Source: Picochlorum sp. SENEW3
Taxonomy: Eukaryota
Length of the DNA stretch: 64,000 nucleotides
Direction of reading: 5' to 3'
Assembly (NCBI GenBank): GCA_034226945.1
Contig: CP120464.1
Coordinates: 372,001 to 436,000, forward strand
The notes under the pieces were generated by a model. That model saw nothing but the letters and a program-made list of their open reading frames with translations, was not told the DNA's origin and searched no databases. Both the position numbers and the translations under genes were made by a program. Of this stretch, positions 41,219 to 52,199 are shown piece after piece (within the stretch, counting starts at the first letter, position 1; the number at the start of each line of letters is the position of its first letter).

Positions 41219-41800
41219 TTACCCCGTGTCGGCCGAGAATCAATATAACACCTCTTCGCTACGGTATATCCTCGATACCAATGAGAATAATGAAACTACG
41301 AATATCAATCCCTTTCCAGTGGCAATGAATACGTCTGTATTTCAAACAATTGTGTTTCGATGTCGCATGGATAGGGATGTGCCTATCAATACCGACTACA
41401 ACGAACGCACGTCAACGAGATACACGTAAAAGAAATTTACTCGTATAAAAATTGTGTCAACTGCATACCCATCGGATATGGAACTATATGCATGTGCGGT
41501 ACATGAGAAGCCAGATGATCGAAGTCATTCGCGAATGTCGATGTTCATCAGAATAGTTCATGGTCTCTACTAAAGATCGCCACAAGCATCTCTGATGTCC
41601 CTCCATACATATAAACACAAGGGCGTGTCTATACACAAGAATAGTATATAAACAAATTCGTATTGGACACAATAATAGAGGAAGGCTGCCGAGAACACAG
41701 TGGCGTGGTGACGTCTTCCTGTCTAAAAAGTAACTGTACCGTAGATGATTCACCATTCACCAGTATAACGCAAGGATACTGGACTAGACGAGTGTAGATT

Positions 41801-44153
41801 ATGATGATGGATCGAAAGGAGAGCAGGGGAGGGGTGAAGAAGTTTGTGATCAAACCTTTGCGGTCGAGGACATCTCTTCCTGAAGACTTTAGGGATGCGA
41901 ATTGGAGGCAATTATGCGAGGCGATAGATGCTATTAAAAAAGAAGTTCCTGTTTCGACGAGTTTGGAGCAGTTGTATCGGAGTGTGGAGGATGTGTGCGT
42001 GCAGGGACATGCTGAATGGCTGTATGCCCAGTTACAAGAGCGTTGTCAGGGGCATGCGTCTAGCGTCTTGTCGAGCCTGTCCGAGGTTGTGCAAGGGTAC
42101 CAAGAGCAGATGGGTGATACGGCGTATTCGGAGCAGATGTTGGACCAGGTTGGGGGGTTGTGGGATGTGTATTGTTCTCAGCTGATGTTGATCCGACACA
42201 TCTTTCTCTACCTGGATAGGACGCATTTGTTGATGAAGTCGGAGCATCGATCTGTGTTTGAGATGGGGCTGCGATACTTCAAAGAGTATATGAATACGGA
42301 GTATGTGCAGGTGAAGAAAATGGTGCTTCAGGGTATTATGGGTGCTGTGGATGCTGAGAGGCGTGGGGATGCGGTGAGGAGGGATGTGTTGAAGAATCTG
42401 GTTCGGATGTTTGCGCTCTTGGGATTGTATGAGGATTCGCTGATGCCTTTGTTTTTGGAACGTGCGCGTGCGTTTTATGCGGAAGAGGGGAATAGAATTA
42501 TTCTGGTACGTCTTGTCTTGTGTTTTATTGTTTCGTTGACAAGCCTGTGTCCTTTTGAATTTTTTCATGTGTGTGTTCATCACGTGTCTTGTGCAGGATG
42601 TGTCACTCAGTGAATATCTCGAATATGTGGAGAAGCGTATTTCAGAAGAATTCAACAGATGTGATGCTATTCTGGAGCCCATCACCCGGATTCCTTTGAT
42701 ACAGACTGTAGAGGCGTGTGTGATTGAGCCGCATGTTGCATACATGTTGGAGCACGGTTTCGAAAAGCTCTTGGACGAGGATCGCATAGCTGATTTGAAA
42801 AGAATGTATGATGTATTCGGCCGAGTAAAAGCTCACAAAGCTCTCTGTTTGGCATTCAAGAACCATCTGAAAAAGGCAGGAAGTAGTATTGTGGAGAATG
42901 ATGGCAAGGATGGTGACATGATAAAGAACATCATCTCTCTCAAGCATAGAATGGACAAGATTGTGTCAGAATGCTTTGATAATATCATCTATCAGGATGC
43001 TATGAAAGATGCGTTCGGGTATTTTGTCAATTTGAGATCAAATCGGCCCGCAGAACTCTTGGCCAAACACATGGATTCTATTCTCCGTGGTGGAGGCAAG
43101 AGTGTTGGTTCAGGATCAAAGGGCGGACGAGGTGCCGAGGACGACGTAGAAGCAGCACTAGATTCGTCCATGGCAATATTTAGATTTATTCAAGGAAAAG
43201 ATGCGTTTGAAGCGTTCTATAAGAAGGACTTGGCAAAGCGATTGTTGTTCAATCGCTCCTTCTCTATTGACATGGAGAAGTCTGCCATTTCAAAACTCAA
43301 AGCAGAATGCGGCGCGCATTTTACATCGAAATTAGAAGGCATGTTTACAGACGTGGAATTATCAAAAGACATGATGGCGTCTTTCAAAACGTCGTCAGAC
43401 TCGATGGAGGAGCTCACCAATGTCTGCCCAGGCACGGATATATCTGTACAAGTGCTCACATCAGGTTTGTGGCCAACATACCCAATGCTCGAATGCAATT
43501 TCCCAGAAAACTTGGCAAATGGCTTGGAGGTATTCAAGAAGCATTATTTATCAAAATATAGTGGGCGAAAATTATTATGGCTGCATTCTTTAGGAACATG
43601 CATCATGAAGGTTCGATTCTCCTCTGGAGTCAAGGAATTATCAGTGTCCTTCTTCCAGGCTGCAGTTCTGATGGCCTTTGAGGACTCGGACTCTCTGATG
43701 TATTCTGAAATATCGACAGCCACAGGTCTCGAAGACGATGAGCTCAAGAGAACCCTTCAAAGCCTCGCATGCGGAAGAGAACGTGTGCTCCTCAAAGACC
43801 CCAAGGGCAAAGATGTGAATGACTCTGACACCTTCAAATTCAACTCAAAGTACACCTCAAAGCTGTACAGAGTGCGAATAAATGCCATTCAAATGAAGGA
43901 AAGCGTGGACGAGTCCAGAAAAACCAACGAAATGGTGCTTCAAGATAGACAGCATCAGATTGATGCTGCCATTGTCAGAATCATGAAGACTCGAAAAACG
44001 CTGGGCCACAAACTCCTCATCAATGAGCTCATTTCTCAACTCAGATTCCCAGTTCATCCTCCAGACTTGAAACGACGTGTTGAAAGTCTAATAGATAGAG
44101 AATACTTGGAAAGAGACTCATCAGACCCTCAAATATACAATTACCTGGCCTGA
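41801..44153 (+). CDS. CUL4: Cullin-4
   Basis: Motifs KKFVIKP, SLEQLY, IFLYLDRT, GKDAFEAFYKKDLAKRLL and DRQHQIDAAIVRIMK; one intron. Confidence 0.93.
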
Positions 44154-44346
44154 TCAGATTTGTGTGATGAGTCTTCTTCTCATGTAAGATGCACAAGAAT
44201 CCTCCTTTGTACATGCCGATGGCACGCCCCTGCTGCTCCCCAATCCATAAATTATTTTTTAAAAATAGCTACAGGACAGATAAAAGAGACAGAGAAACGA
44301 ACGTCAGACAGCATAATCAACGAGTGCGGTCATTTTGGTAGACACC

Positions 44347-45273
44347 ATGACATCGTCAGCTCTCAATCTAGATGAGTGGCTAGAACATATAAAACAGGGA
44401 AAATGGCTGACTGAAGACCAACTGAAGTTGCTGTGCGAATACGTCAAGGAAATCCTCGTGGAAGAATCATGCGTCCAGCCTGTCAATTCACCAGTCACGG
44501 TCTGCGGAGACATCCATGGACAGTTTCACGATTTATTAAAATTATTTGATGAAGGAGGCAACGTCCCTGATACGAATTACATCTTTATGGGCGACTTTGT
44601 AGATAGGGGATACAACTCGTTAGAGGTGTTCACCCTGCTCTTACTGCTCAAGGCGAGATATCCTGCTCACGTGACCCTTCTCAGAGGAAACCACGAGTCT
44701 CGACAGATAACACAGGTATATGGGTTCTATGATGAGTGCCAGCGAAAGTATGGTAATGCCAATGCGTGGAGATACTGCACAGAGGTGTTTGATTTTCTCA
44801 CGCTCTCTGCCATTATTGATAATAAAGTTCTCTGTGTACACGGAGGATTGAGTCCAGACCTTAGAACACTCGATCAAATTCGCATCATTGATCGATTATG
44901 CGAGATTCCTCACGAGGGGCCGTTCTGTGATCTCATGTGGAGCGACCCCGAGGATATTGGCACCTGGGCTGTCAGCCCTCGAGGGGCTGGGTGGCTCTTT
45001 GGAGAGCAAGTTGCACAGGAATTCAACCATGTCAATGGACTGGACTTAATATGTAGAGCTCATCAGCTGGTCCAAGAAGGATTAAAGTACATGTTTTCAG
45101 ATAAATCACTGGTGACTGTATGGTCTGCTCCGAATTATTGTTATCGCTGTGGTAATGTTGCCAGCATGCTCAGTTTTGATGCAGATTTGAACAGGGAAGT
45201 CAAATATTTCACAGAAACTGAACAGAATAGTACCATGATGGCCCCTCGAGCTGCTGTACCATACTTTTTATAA
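44347..45273 (+). CDS. PP6: Protein phosphatase 6 catalytic subunit (FyPP)
   Basis: Motifs [41 protein letters not shown] and C-terminal PYFL. Confidence 0.93.
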   Translation: MTSSALNLDEWLEHIKQGKWLTEDQLKLLCEYVKEILVEESCVQPVNSPVTVCGDIHGQFHDLLKLFDEGGNVPDTNYIFMGDFVDRGYNSLEVFTLLLLLKARYPAHVTLLRGNHESRQITQVYGFYDECQRKYGNANAWRYCTEVFDFLTLSAIIDNKVLCVHGGLSPDLRTLDQIRIIDRLCEIPHEGPFCDLMWSDPEDIGTWAVSPRGAGWLFGEQVAQEFNHVNGLDLICRAHQLVQEGLKYMFSDKSLVTVWSAPNYCYRCGNVASMLSFDADLNREVKYFTETEQNSTMMAPRAAVPYFL

Positions 45274-45418
45274 TAAGTATTTTTTCGAGTAATTCTCAAG
45301 GACATGAATGACGGCGTAATTTTTTTAATGGATTGGTCATGTTCCTTGGCCATGGCCTTTGTCGCAAGGCTTGCATCCATGGCAATGCTAGCATAGAAGA
45401 ACACACATAAATATATGG

Positions 45419-46378
45419 ATGTCGGAATCTGTGGATACCAACACAGTCAAGGTGTTGTGGAAGACATTTGGCGATGATCGGCCAGATAATTACGTGGATT
45501 CAAAGTTTTTAGAGAGTCTGATTGTCAATGCTGATGTTGGGCAGCGGAGCTATTGGAATGTGGTACTTGGTGCTCTGTTTGTTGCCAATCATCTGTGCTT
45601 GGTCATGGTATTGGCAGGGACTGCCTATCTGCTCCATTACCAGGAGGAAGATGTGATATCTACTCGAATATTCATGGCTCAAGGGATTGCCTTCTGCATC
45701 GGTCTTATACTGCATGTCATTGTGGAATGCCGCACAGCATATCGTGGTGCGAGGAGGGCTCTGCTGTCGACTTTGAATGTGGTTTTGAGGGCAGGGATTC
45801 TGTTGGGGCTCACATGCGTGCTTTCTCCCGTGTATGCAACCTTGACGACATCCATTAGTCCGGATACGACTGTTGCGTGTATTTGTGTATTGATTATTGT
45901 TCACATGTACTTGTATGATTATTCTGAAGCGACGCATCCAGGCAAGAAGCCCACGCTTGGGGCAAGTCTGGGACTTGCCAGTGGTATGTGTGCATCTGTG
46001 CTGATGGCGACTCGAATGAAACATTTATCTGATGTTATATCAATTGTACGTGATTGTATATATCTGTGTATATTGTATATATGTTCCAGCCATGGAGTAT
46101 CGTGTGTGCAGATTGTCTTGTCCCTGCAATTATATATTGCTGCTCCCTATGTTCAGTACAATGTCTCAAAGATGATTCCCCATGGAGCACAGATACTCAA
46201 TATTATCGGCATAGGATCCACATTGTTCTTCTTATCGAATATATCCGTTGTAGTCACATCGTGGCTGATTGCTGTGCTTTTGCTCGTGGTATTCCTGTGC
46301 CCCATGTGGCTTGTCCGCATAGAGAAATTCAAAGCCCATCTGAATGGACCTTGGGATGAAGCTGTGCCCCATTTATGA
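45419..46378 (+). CDS. PIGC: GPI-GlcNAc transferase subunit C (PIG-C/GPI2)
   Basis: Motifs PDNYVD..FL, TLTTSISPDT and C-terminal K..LNGPWDEA; probable in-frame intron at about 46046-46111. Confidence 0.92.
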   Translation: MSESVDTNTVKVLWKTFGDDRPDNYVDSKFLESLIVNADVGQRSYWNVVLGALFVANHLCLVMVLAGTAYLLHYQEEDVISTRIFMAQGIAFCIGLILHVIVECRTAYRGARRALLSTLNVVLRAGILLGLTCVLSPVYATLTTSISPDTTVACICVLIIVHMYLYDYSEATHPGKKPTLGASLGLASGMCASVLMATRMKHLSDVISIVRDCIYLCILYICSSHGVSCVQIVLSLQLYIAAPYVQYNVSKMIPHGAQILNIIGIGSTLFFLSNISVVVTSWLIAVLLLVVFLCPMWLVRIEKFKAHLNGPWDEAVPHL

Positions 46379-46500
46379 CATGGTATTGTATTATTATAGC
46401 GTATGATATGCCTCGCGCATGCCCATATCTATCAATATATATCTATATATGATGTGCCTGGGTAGTTTTCTAGGAGAGAATACAGGAGAAGATGTAAATA

Positions 46501-46830
46501 TCAAAACCCACGCCTGCCTATTCTCAGCTTTTGTTCATTCTGATTCGGAAGAATCCTCCCGACAGTCTCTCCAAATGCTCCGATTGCCCGTTGGATGTTA
46601 TATTGCCAGTCTGGAGGCAAGGGACGCAACAAGGCGTCCAAGGCACCCATGAACGGATGAGAGCCTTGCAGCGGTTCTTCTTGTGTCGTTGATCGAGATG
46701 ATCTCTTCTTTGATCCTGTTCCTACAAATGTGTTCTTTTTCTTCTTGCATTCTTCATTCGCGTGCGCCATTGGTTTTGTAAACTTCTTCTTCGCCGATTG
46801 GCTTCGTGGCAGAACAACACCAGTTCCCAT
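46501..46830 (-). CDS. Small hypothetical protein (109 aa)
   Basis: ATG-initiated ORF with an A-rich upstream context that fills the PIG-C/MSH2 gap; no recognised domain. Confidence 0.5.
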   Translation of the reverse strand: MGTGVVLPRSQSAKKKFTKPMAHANEECKKKKNTFVGTGSKKRSSRSTTQEEPLQGSHPFMGALDALLRPLPPDWQYNIQRAIGAFGETVGRILPNQNEQKLRIGRRGF

Positions 46831-46904
46831 GATTGCTTTATTTCTAGCAATTCTTATGTAAATATATACTATTAATAATTTGTGTTGGAGGGTGTTGCAG
46901 ATTG

Positions 46905-49727
46905 TTACATGTCTGGTGACGTTGTCGCCATCATCTTTTTGGATTCTTGGGAGAGGGAGGAGAATTCATCCAGCCATGAGGCAGCCTCTTTTCTGACCTC
47001 GTCTTCCGATGACATGGTATCAAATGGTATGGATGCAAAGCGTAGCAGGGCTTGCCGGATGGACTCATCGTTGTCTACAGATCGTTTTTGACCGAGTTGC
47101 TCTTGGTTTGTGGCACCGCGGATGTCAATGTTTGCATGGCCCATGTCCTGTGCTTTGCGCTTGGCATCATCAATCACTTGTTGTGGGAAGCGAGCAAATT
47201 CAGCCACATGTATTCCCAAAGATTCATCACATGATCCATCATGGACCTGGTAGAGCATGGTGAGCCCTCCACACGATGGATCAATCTTTGATTTGACATG
47301 CAAATTCTTGACACCAACACTGCCCTGGAGGGCAGTCAGTTCATGGAAGTGCGTGGCAAAGAGAGTTGCGGCGCCAATCTTTTCCATGAGGTATTCACTG
47401 ATTGACCAAGCTAATCCCATGCCATCCCATGTGGATGTTCCACGGCCAAGTTCGTCGATGATGACGAGTGATGATGAGGTGGCTCCTTTTAAAATGGATG
47501 CTGTCTCCAGCATTTCCGCCATGAATGTTGATACACCACGGAGTTGACAGTCCCCAGCACCGACACGAGCAAAAATGGCATCTCGCACTGCTATTGTTGC
47601 TTCATCGCAAGGAACAAAGCATCCTACCTGTGCCATGAGGACACACATGCCAATCTGACGAATGTATGTGGATTTACCACCCATGTTTGGTCCAGTGATG
47701 AGTTGGAACCAAGATTCCCCTTTGATCAGAGAGACATCATTTGATATGAAATTGACTCCGTCTTGGGCTTCTACACAAGGGTGTCTGCTTCCTTTGAGGA
47801 TGATGCGGTCCCCCGATGTGGGAAGGAGTTTGGGTCTGACATACTGAATTGGTGCGGTTGTTGACAGTTCAGCAAAGCCGCACAGAACATCAAGCTCAGA
47901 TAAGACAGATGAGACGTTTTCCCACACCTCTGTGAACGTCGCAGCGACGTCAATCACCTGACTAACCAGCTTTGACTGCTTTGTGTTGTACTCTGATGAT
48001 AATCGCTGCAGCTCTTCAGCAGCCGTCCTAAGCCGCCTACTCGTGAATTTCACCCCATCCTTCCTCGTTTCAAGTTCGATATACTTTGCTTGAAGCTTCT
48101 TTCGGACGCTTTTTTCCTCCTTTGCTGTGATACGAAGGCATCTGGTCTTCTGATTGGATACCTTGTGCCACTCAAGTTTTATTGTCTTGTCCAACACAAG
48201 CCCTAGATCCTGTGCAGCCGCATCTGCTGCCTCCTGAATCTCCTGTTCCACATCCAATTTTTTCTTCTGGATTTCTCCAAGTTCCTCATCATATGTTGGC
48301 GATATGAGGTACTCATCTGGGATGCGATCCAGATCAATAGCTGCCTCAATCAAATCTTCAAACTTGGCCAAATGATTAGCATCATGGGCTCGCGCCAGGG
48401 GTTGCACAAATTTTTCATCCATAACATTCTTGTGATCAGAGGACGACAGGACCTGCTCAATCAATGGAAGCCTTGAGGACACTCTATAGAGCTGACATAA
48501 ATCTTGAAGAGTTGCATTGCGACGTTCCAATCGTCTCGTGAGCCTCTCAATATCCGGCACACCCCTCAAGTGCAGTCCATTAATATCAGATCTCAAGGAG
48601 GAATCTTCTACGAATGCTTCCACAACATCCAGCCGCGCATGAATCTCATCTAGCGTGGTCAATGGCTGTTTCAGCCACGATTTCAGAAGCCTCTTTCCCA
48701 TGGGCGTTCTACACTTGTTCATGATGCCATACAAGCTGAACGTTTCGTTTGCATCCGTTCTAGATTTCAAAACATTCAGAGCTTTCTGGGCTGCAGCATC
48801 CACCCTCATGTATTTACCCATGGAATACAGTTCCAATGAATACCTAGAATGCCCTGAGGCATCTGACAAAATTCCCGCAAACTGAACCACACCAGCCAAT
48901 GCAGACGATCCAAGTTTAAGATCAAGTACAGGCCGATGCATCTCCACCGCTCCTTTCAACAGTCTCGACATATCCTGCACCAGATTTGCAGAAGAGAATG
49001 TTTTCTTTGATCCATGCCGTGCCACAAAAGCTCCACACTGCGATAACACATGAGACAAGCGACTCTTATCGACTCGACTCACATGTCCTTCATCCTCTTT
49101 ACTTTCTAAATCAAATGGAACCACCGCCTCTTTTGGGCCGAGCTGCGTCAGGGCAGTCTCCAGATTGCAAAAGTGCTCATCATCAGCAAACTCACAGGCT
49201 CCCATTCGATGCTTCATCATATCCACATACGCAAGACCGACCGTTCGAACACCCTCTACCAAACCAAACGTCACCCCAACAACCACAGGTGTCTCCTCCA
49301 CATCCCCCACTTTGGCAAGTTCAGTCTCAAAATCATTCCATTTCCCTGGTGATGCCCTTCTCGTACATTCCCACGCATCCGCAGATCCCTCATAAAATTC
49401 CACACTGTATTCATTCGAATCCACAAGCAAATCTTTTAGAATCACCGGAAACAAGTTGTAGGACAAGGTCGTCCCAGGAAGACCCTTCCCTCCACCCTCA
49501 CCATTGGCCACCTGAGCAGTGCTCTTATACAGCTGCTTTGCAACATAGAATGCAGGCTGCCCATGCACAGACACACACGTCTTCCTATCAAAGAATCTCA
49601 CAATATTCTTGCTCTCCGCTTCCGGCAACGTAGAAAACCAGGAAGAAAAGTTCTTCCCGAGATCAATCTCCTGTTGCTCTTCCTGCTGACCATCGCTACC
49701 GGTATTCTTCTTCTTCTGCCCCACCAT
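46905..49727 (-). CDS. MSH2: DNA mismatch repair protein MSH2
   Basis: Motifs RASPG, NLETALTQL, ITGPNMGGKSTYIRQ, GVSTFMAEMLE, DELGRGTST and FATHFHEL; intronless. Confidence 0.96.
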   Translation of the reverse strand: MVGQKKKNTGSDGQQEEQQEIDLGKNFSSWFSTLPEAESKNIVRFFDRKTCVSVHGQPAFYVAKQLYKSTAQVANGEGGGKGLPGTTLSYNLFPVILKDLLVDSNEYSVEFYEGSADAWECTRRASPGKWNDFETELAKVGDVEETPVVVGVTFGLVEGVRTVGLAYVDMMKHRMGACEFADDEHFCNLETALTQLGPKEAVVPFDLESKEDEGHVSRVDKSRLSHVLSQCGAFVARHGSKKTFSSANLVQDMSRLLKGAVEMHRPVLDLKLGSSALAGVVQFAGILSDASGHSRYSLELYSMGKYMRVDAAAQKALNVLKSRTDANETFSLYGIMNKCRTPMGKRLLKSWLKQPLTTLDEIHARLDVVEAFVEDSSLRSDINGLHLRGVPDIERLTRRLERRNATLQDLCQLYRVSSRLPLIEQVLSSSDHKNVMDEKFVQPLARAHDANHLAKFEDLIEAAIDLDRIPDEYLISPTYDEELGEIQKKKLDVEQEIQEAADAAAQDLGLVLDKTIKLEWHKVSNQKTRCLRITAKEEKSVRKKLQAKYIELETRKDGVKFTSRRLRTAAEELQRLSSEYNTKQSKLVSQVIDVAATFTEVWENVSSVLSELDVLCGFAELSTTAPIQYVRPKLLPTSGDRIILKGSRHPCVEAQDGVNFISNDVSLIKGESWFQLITGPNMGGKSTYIRQIGMCVLMAQVGCFVPCDEATIAVRDAIFARVGAGDCQLRGVSTFMAEMLETASILKGATSSSLVIIDELGRGTSTWDGMGLAWSISEYLMEKIGAATLFATHFHELTALQGSVGVKNLHVKSKIDPSCGGLTMLYQVHDGSCDESLGIHVAEFARFPQQVIDDAKRKAQDMGHANIDIRGATNQEQLGQKRSVDNDESIRQALLRFASIPFDTMSSEDEVRKEAASWLDEFSSLSQESKKMMATTSPDM

Positions 49728-50179
49728 ACTCACAGAATCAAATTTAAAATAACTCTATAAAGCGATATGTATCCTTCCTACACCGTGACTCGAATCTTTG
49801 ATTCAATTCAAACCGAATTCAAAATCCAAGACCCCGTTCTTGCACTCTTACGCATCGGATAATCACAACCAATGCCAATTATGAATTCTCATGTCTTTAT
49901 TACAGTATTATGTTTTTAATCGCACTCGGCATGCGGGATACCTGTGTATACTGCATGGTGGTTTTATTATCAAACTAGTCTCGAGGTCTCCTTATATACC
50001 CCTTTCGAGGCCGGCGCTAGACCGGAGCGGTCGATGGAGGATTGATTATTGATTGATCAGTGGTATTGATATTGACAGACTTGGAGTGGTGTAAGATGGT
50101 TACATTTATAATCGACACAGTTTGCCTTCCGTCAGGAATGGGGTGGAACCGTGGCCTGGGTCTTTCGTGACGGAGGGAG

Positions 50180-50727
50180 TCATGCTTGAATGTGTCTGTC
50201 AGAGAGCAAGTGTTTCACAATGGTGAGCTGCCGTGGAGTTGGGAGAGCAGTGAGCTTGAGGCCTTCCCGAATGTTTTCCTGGACAGCATCACGTACCCCA
50301 TGCCCGGAGCGAACACGTCTCGGAAGTCCATCAATGTGGGCCCTGTAATGGAGGCACCTTGGCACCTGTGAATGGTCATTGCCTTGGCAAGCATCAATGG
50401 AAAGGTCTTTCGGACAAATTGGTGCCCATTGAATTTGATCTCTTCCTGCTTCCTGGTGATCCCCACCGGAACATCATGGCCGTGAAACAGCACATGTATG
50501 GTCTGAATGGACGGAGAATCGCGCTTTCTGGTGATGATGCCACGATCGCCATTGAAGACGGGATTGGCAAGGCTGCCAAAATTCTGGGTGCACACCACCG
50601 AGCAGCCTATTGCAATTTTCTGGAGGGAATGAAACTTTTCCGAAAAGCACCATTCCTTCTTTTGTCTCGCCGCTTTATCATTCACTCGGGCAATGTCCTC
50701 CCAGTTGGATACATTGTCAGGAGATTT
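50180..50727 (-). pseudogene. PIF1-family (Helitron-like) helicase C-terminal remnant, 5'-truncated and frameshifted
   Basis: IAIGCSVVCTQN...NGDRG...FPLMLAKAMTIHRCQGASI...FAPGMGYVMLSR are SF1B/PIF1 motifs. The expected continuation (..IREGLKL..PTP) lies in another frame, and there are no Walker A/B motifs. Confidence 0.85.
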
Positions 50728-50789
50728 TCACCGATCACGATGCTGTTTTAGCAAGAGACTAAATAATGTTCGTTCACGGAGGGAGAGGG

Positions 50790-51080
50790 CCACAGAAAGC
50801 CGTCCAAAACCACTTCAAAATCCTTTAGGCGGGGTGACAGTGACTTGTCAAACATATACCCATCCCCAGCACGAATGTGGATTCCTATGACGCGCTTATT
50901 CTGCACGTGGCTCGTTATATACGCCACTTTCTTCTTCACAACATCGTTATCTCTGAATAAAAAGAGGAATGCACAGCAGAAAGCAGTCTACAGACATAGA
51001 CCCAATTAGTGCATTCATTCCTTGAGAGCAGTATTTTCAAATAAGCGTGAAATCATTCCTGCATTTGATGGCACTGCCAT
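50790..51080 (-). pseudogene. Fucosyltransferase-like (GT-B, HxRxGD motif) gene fragment with in-frame stops
   Basis: One frame reads MAVPSNAGMISRLFENTALKE*MH*LGLCL*TAFCCAFLFLFRDNDVVKKK...VIGIHIRAGDGYMF. Confidence 0.6.
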
Positions 51081-51164
51081 AAGGCTTTGACAGTAAGGAC
51101 TCCACTTGGAAACGTGCAAGTTTGACTGCATTCATGAGTCATGAGTCTCATTCAAACATGAACA

Positions 51165-52199
51165 TCATGTCCAGTCTGCGACTCGGACCAAGAGAAATTC
51201 AGCACAACATGTTCCGAATGGGTTGTCTTCCCGTGAAGCAATGGCATATCCAAGGTGCCCAAGGTGCCCAAAGAAGAGAGCCAAGTCTGAGAGATACAAG
51301 TCATGTGCAGGCCAAAGAAGATTTGAAAAGTCGGTGTTGGCTGCTTTACCTGAATAAATAGCCTGACTATGATGAACTTCAATGGCAATTTGCTCTGGAA
51401 GCCAGGGGTCCTTGATACTCCAGTATGCAGTTTCGTCAAATTCATAGCCCTCAATGTCAATTTTCAATAGGTCAATAGTAGAAACCCCCAAATCCCTTAC
51501 TGCATGTGCTAGCGTTGTAAAGCTAGGGTTAGATGACTCCTTAGGTGCTGTACCTATGCATTTTTGTACATATGTATGACGTGTTCCCTGACTCACCCCA
51601 TCATACGTGCAGTCAAAGGTGAAGATATCGCATTCTGTTGATTCTAGCAAGTCCTTTTCAAAACCATACTGGCCATTGCTGCCTAGGGAAAACACAACAC
51701 AGTCCTTCTTCTTCACAATTTCAGTACATATCCATTTCCCACCATCGCCATCGTCCCCTACACGCTGCAGGGCACTGCCATCAGGGCATTCAATGTATGG
51801 GTTGAACAAGTCGTATTTTTTAAACCCCAGTGGCTCAGGAGGGCGCCTTTTGCTCGCTGCGACTGAGCACTCAGCCGTGTCATTACGACATAGATCTTGG
51901 GCTTTCTGTTTATATACCGTCATCGTGGACATGAAAAGCTCATCATTCCATCTGATCAGCTTATCAAGAGCTGCCCTCCCTTGCCTTCCAGGGAAATGTG
52001 GACGATACGCCAAATTCGATGGTATCAAATGCATTCTAATATCATGATGAAGCTTCCTAGTCCCTGAAACCCATACTGAACAAGAAATAACCACCACAGC
52101 CAACAGGAATGGCTGTAGTCTCGACCACTCTGTCTGTAGAAAGACGAGAGAGTTGAGAACGCCCTCTCTAGGTTCGGGTGATTCAGTGGCACCTGGCAT
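51165..52199 (-). CDS. Membrane-anchored SAM-dependent methyltransferase (Methyltransf_22/METTL24/FkbM-like)
   Basis: N-terminal TM anchor, RVGDDGDGGKWIC, VFSLGSNG..FE, IDLLKIDIEGYE, QIAIEVH and NP..CCAEF; intronless. Confidence 0.85.
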   Translation of the reverse strand: MPGATESPEPREGVLNSLVFLQTEWSRLQPFLLAVVVISCSVWVSGTRKLHHDIRMHLIPSNLAYRPHFPGRQGRAALDKLIRWNDELFMSTMTVYKQKAQDLCRNDTAECSVAASKRRPPEPLGFKKYDLFNPYIECPDGSALQRVGDDGDGGKWICTEIVKKKDCVVFSLGSNGQYGFEKDLLESTECDIFTFDCTYDGVSQGTRHTYVQKCIGTAPKESSNPSFTTLAHAVRDLGVSTIDLLKIDIEGYEFDETAYWSIKDPWLPEQIAIEVHHSQAIYSGKAANTDFSNLLWPAHDLYLSDLALFFGHLGHLGYAIASREDNPFGTCCAEFLLVRVADWT

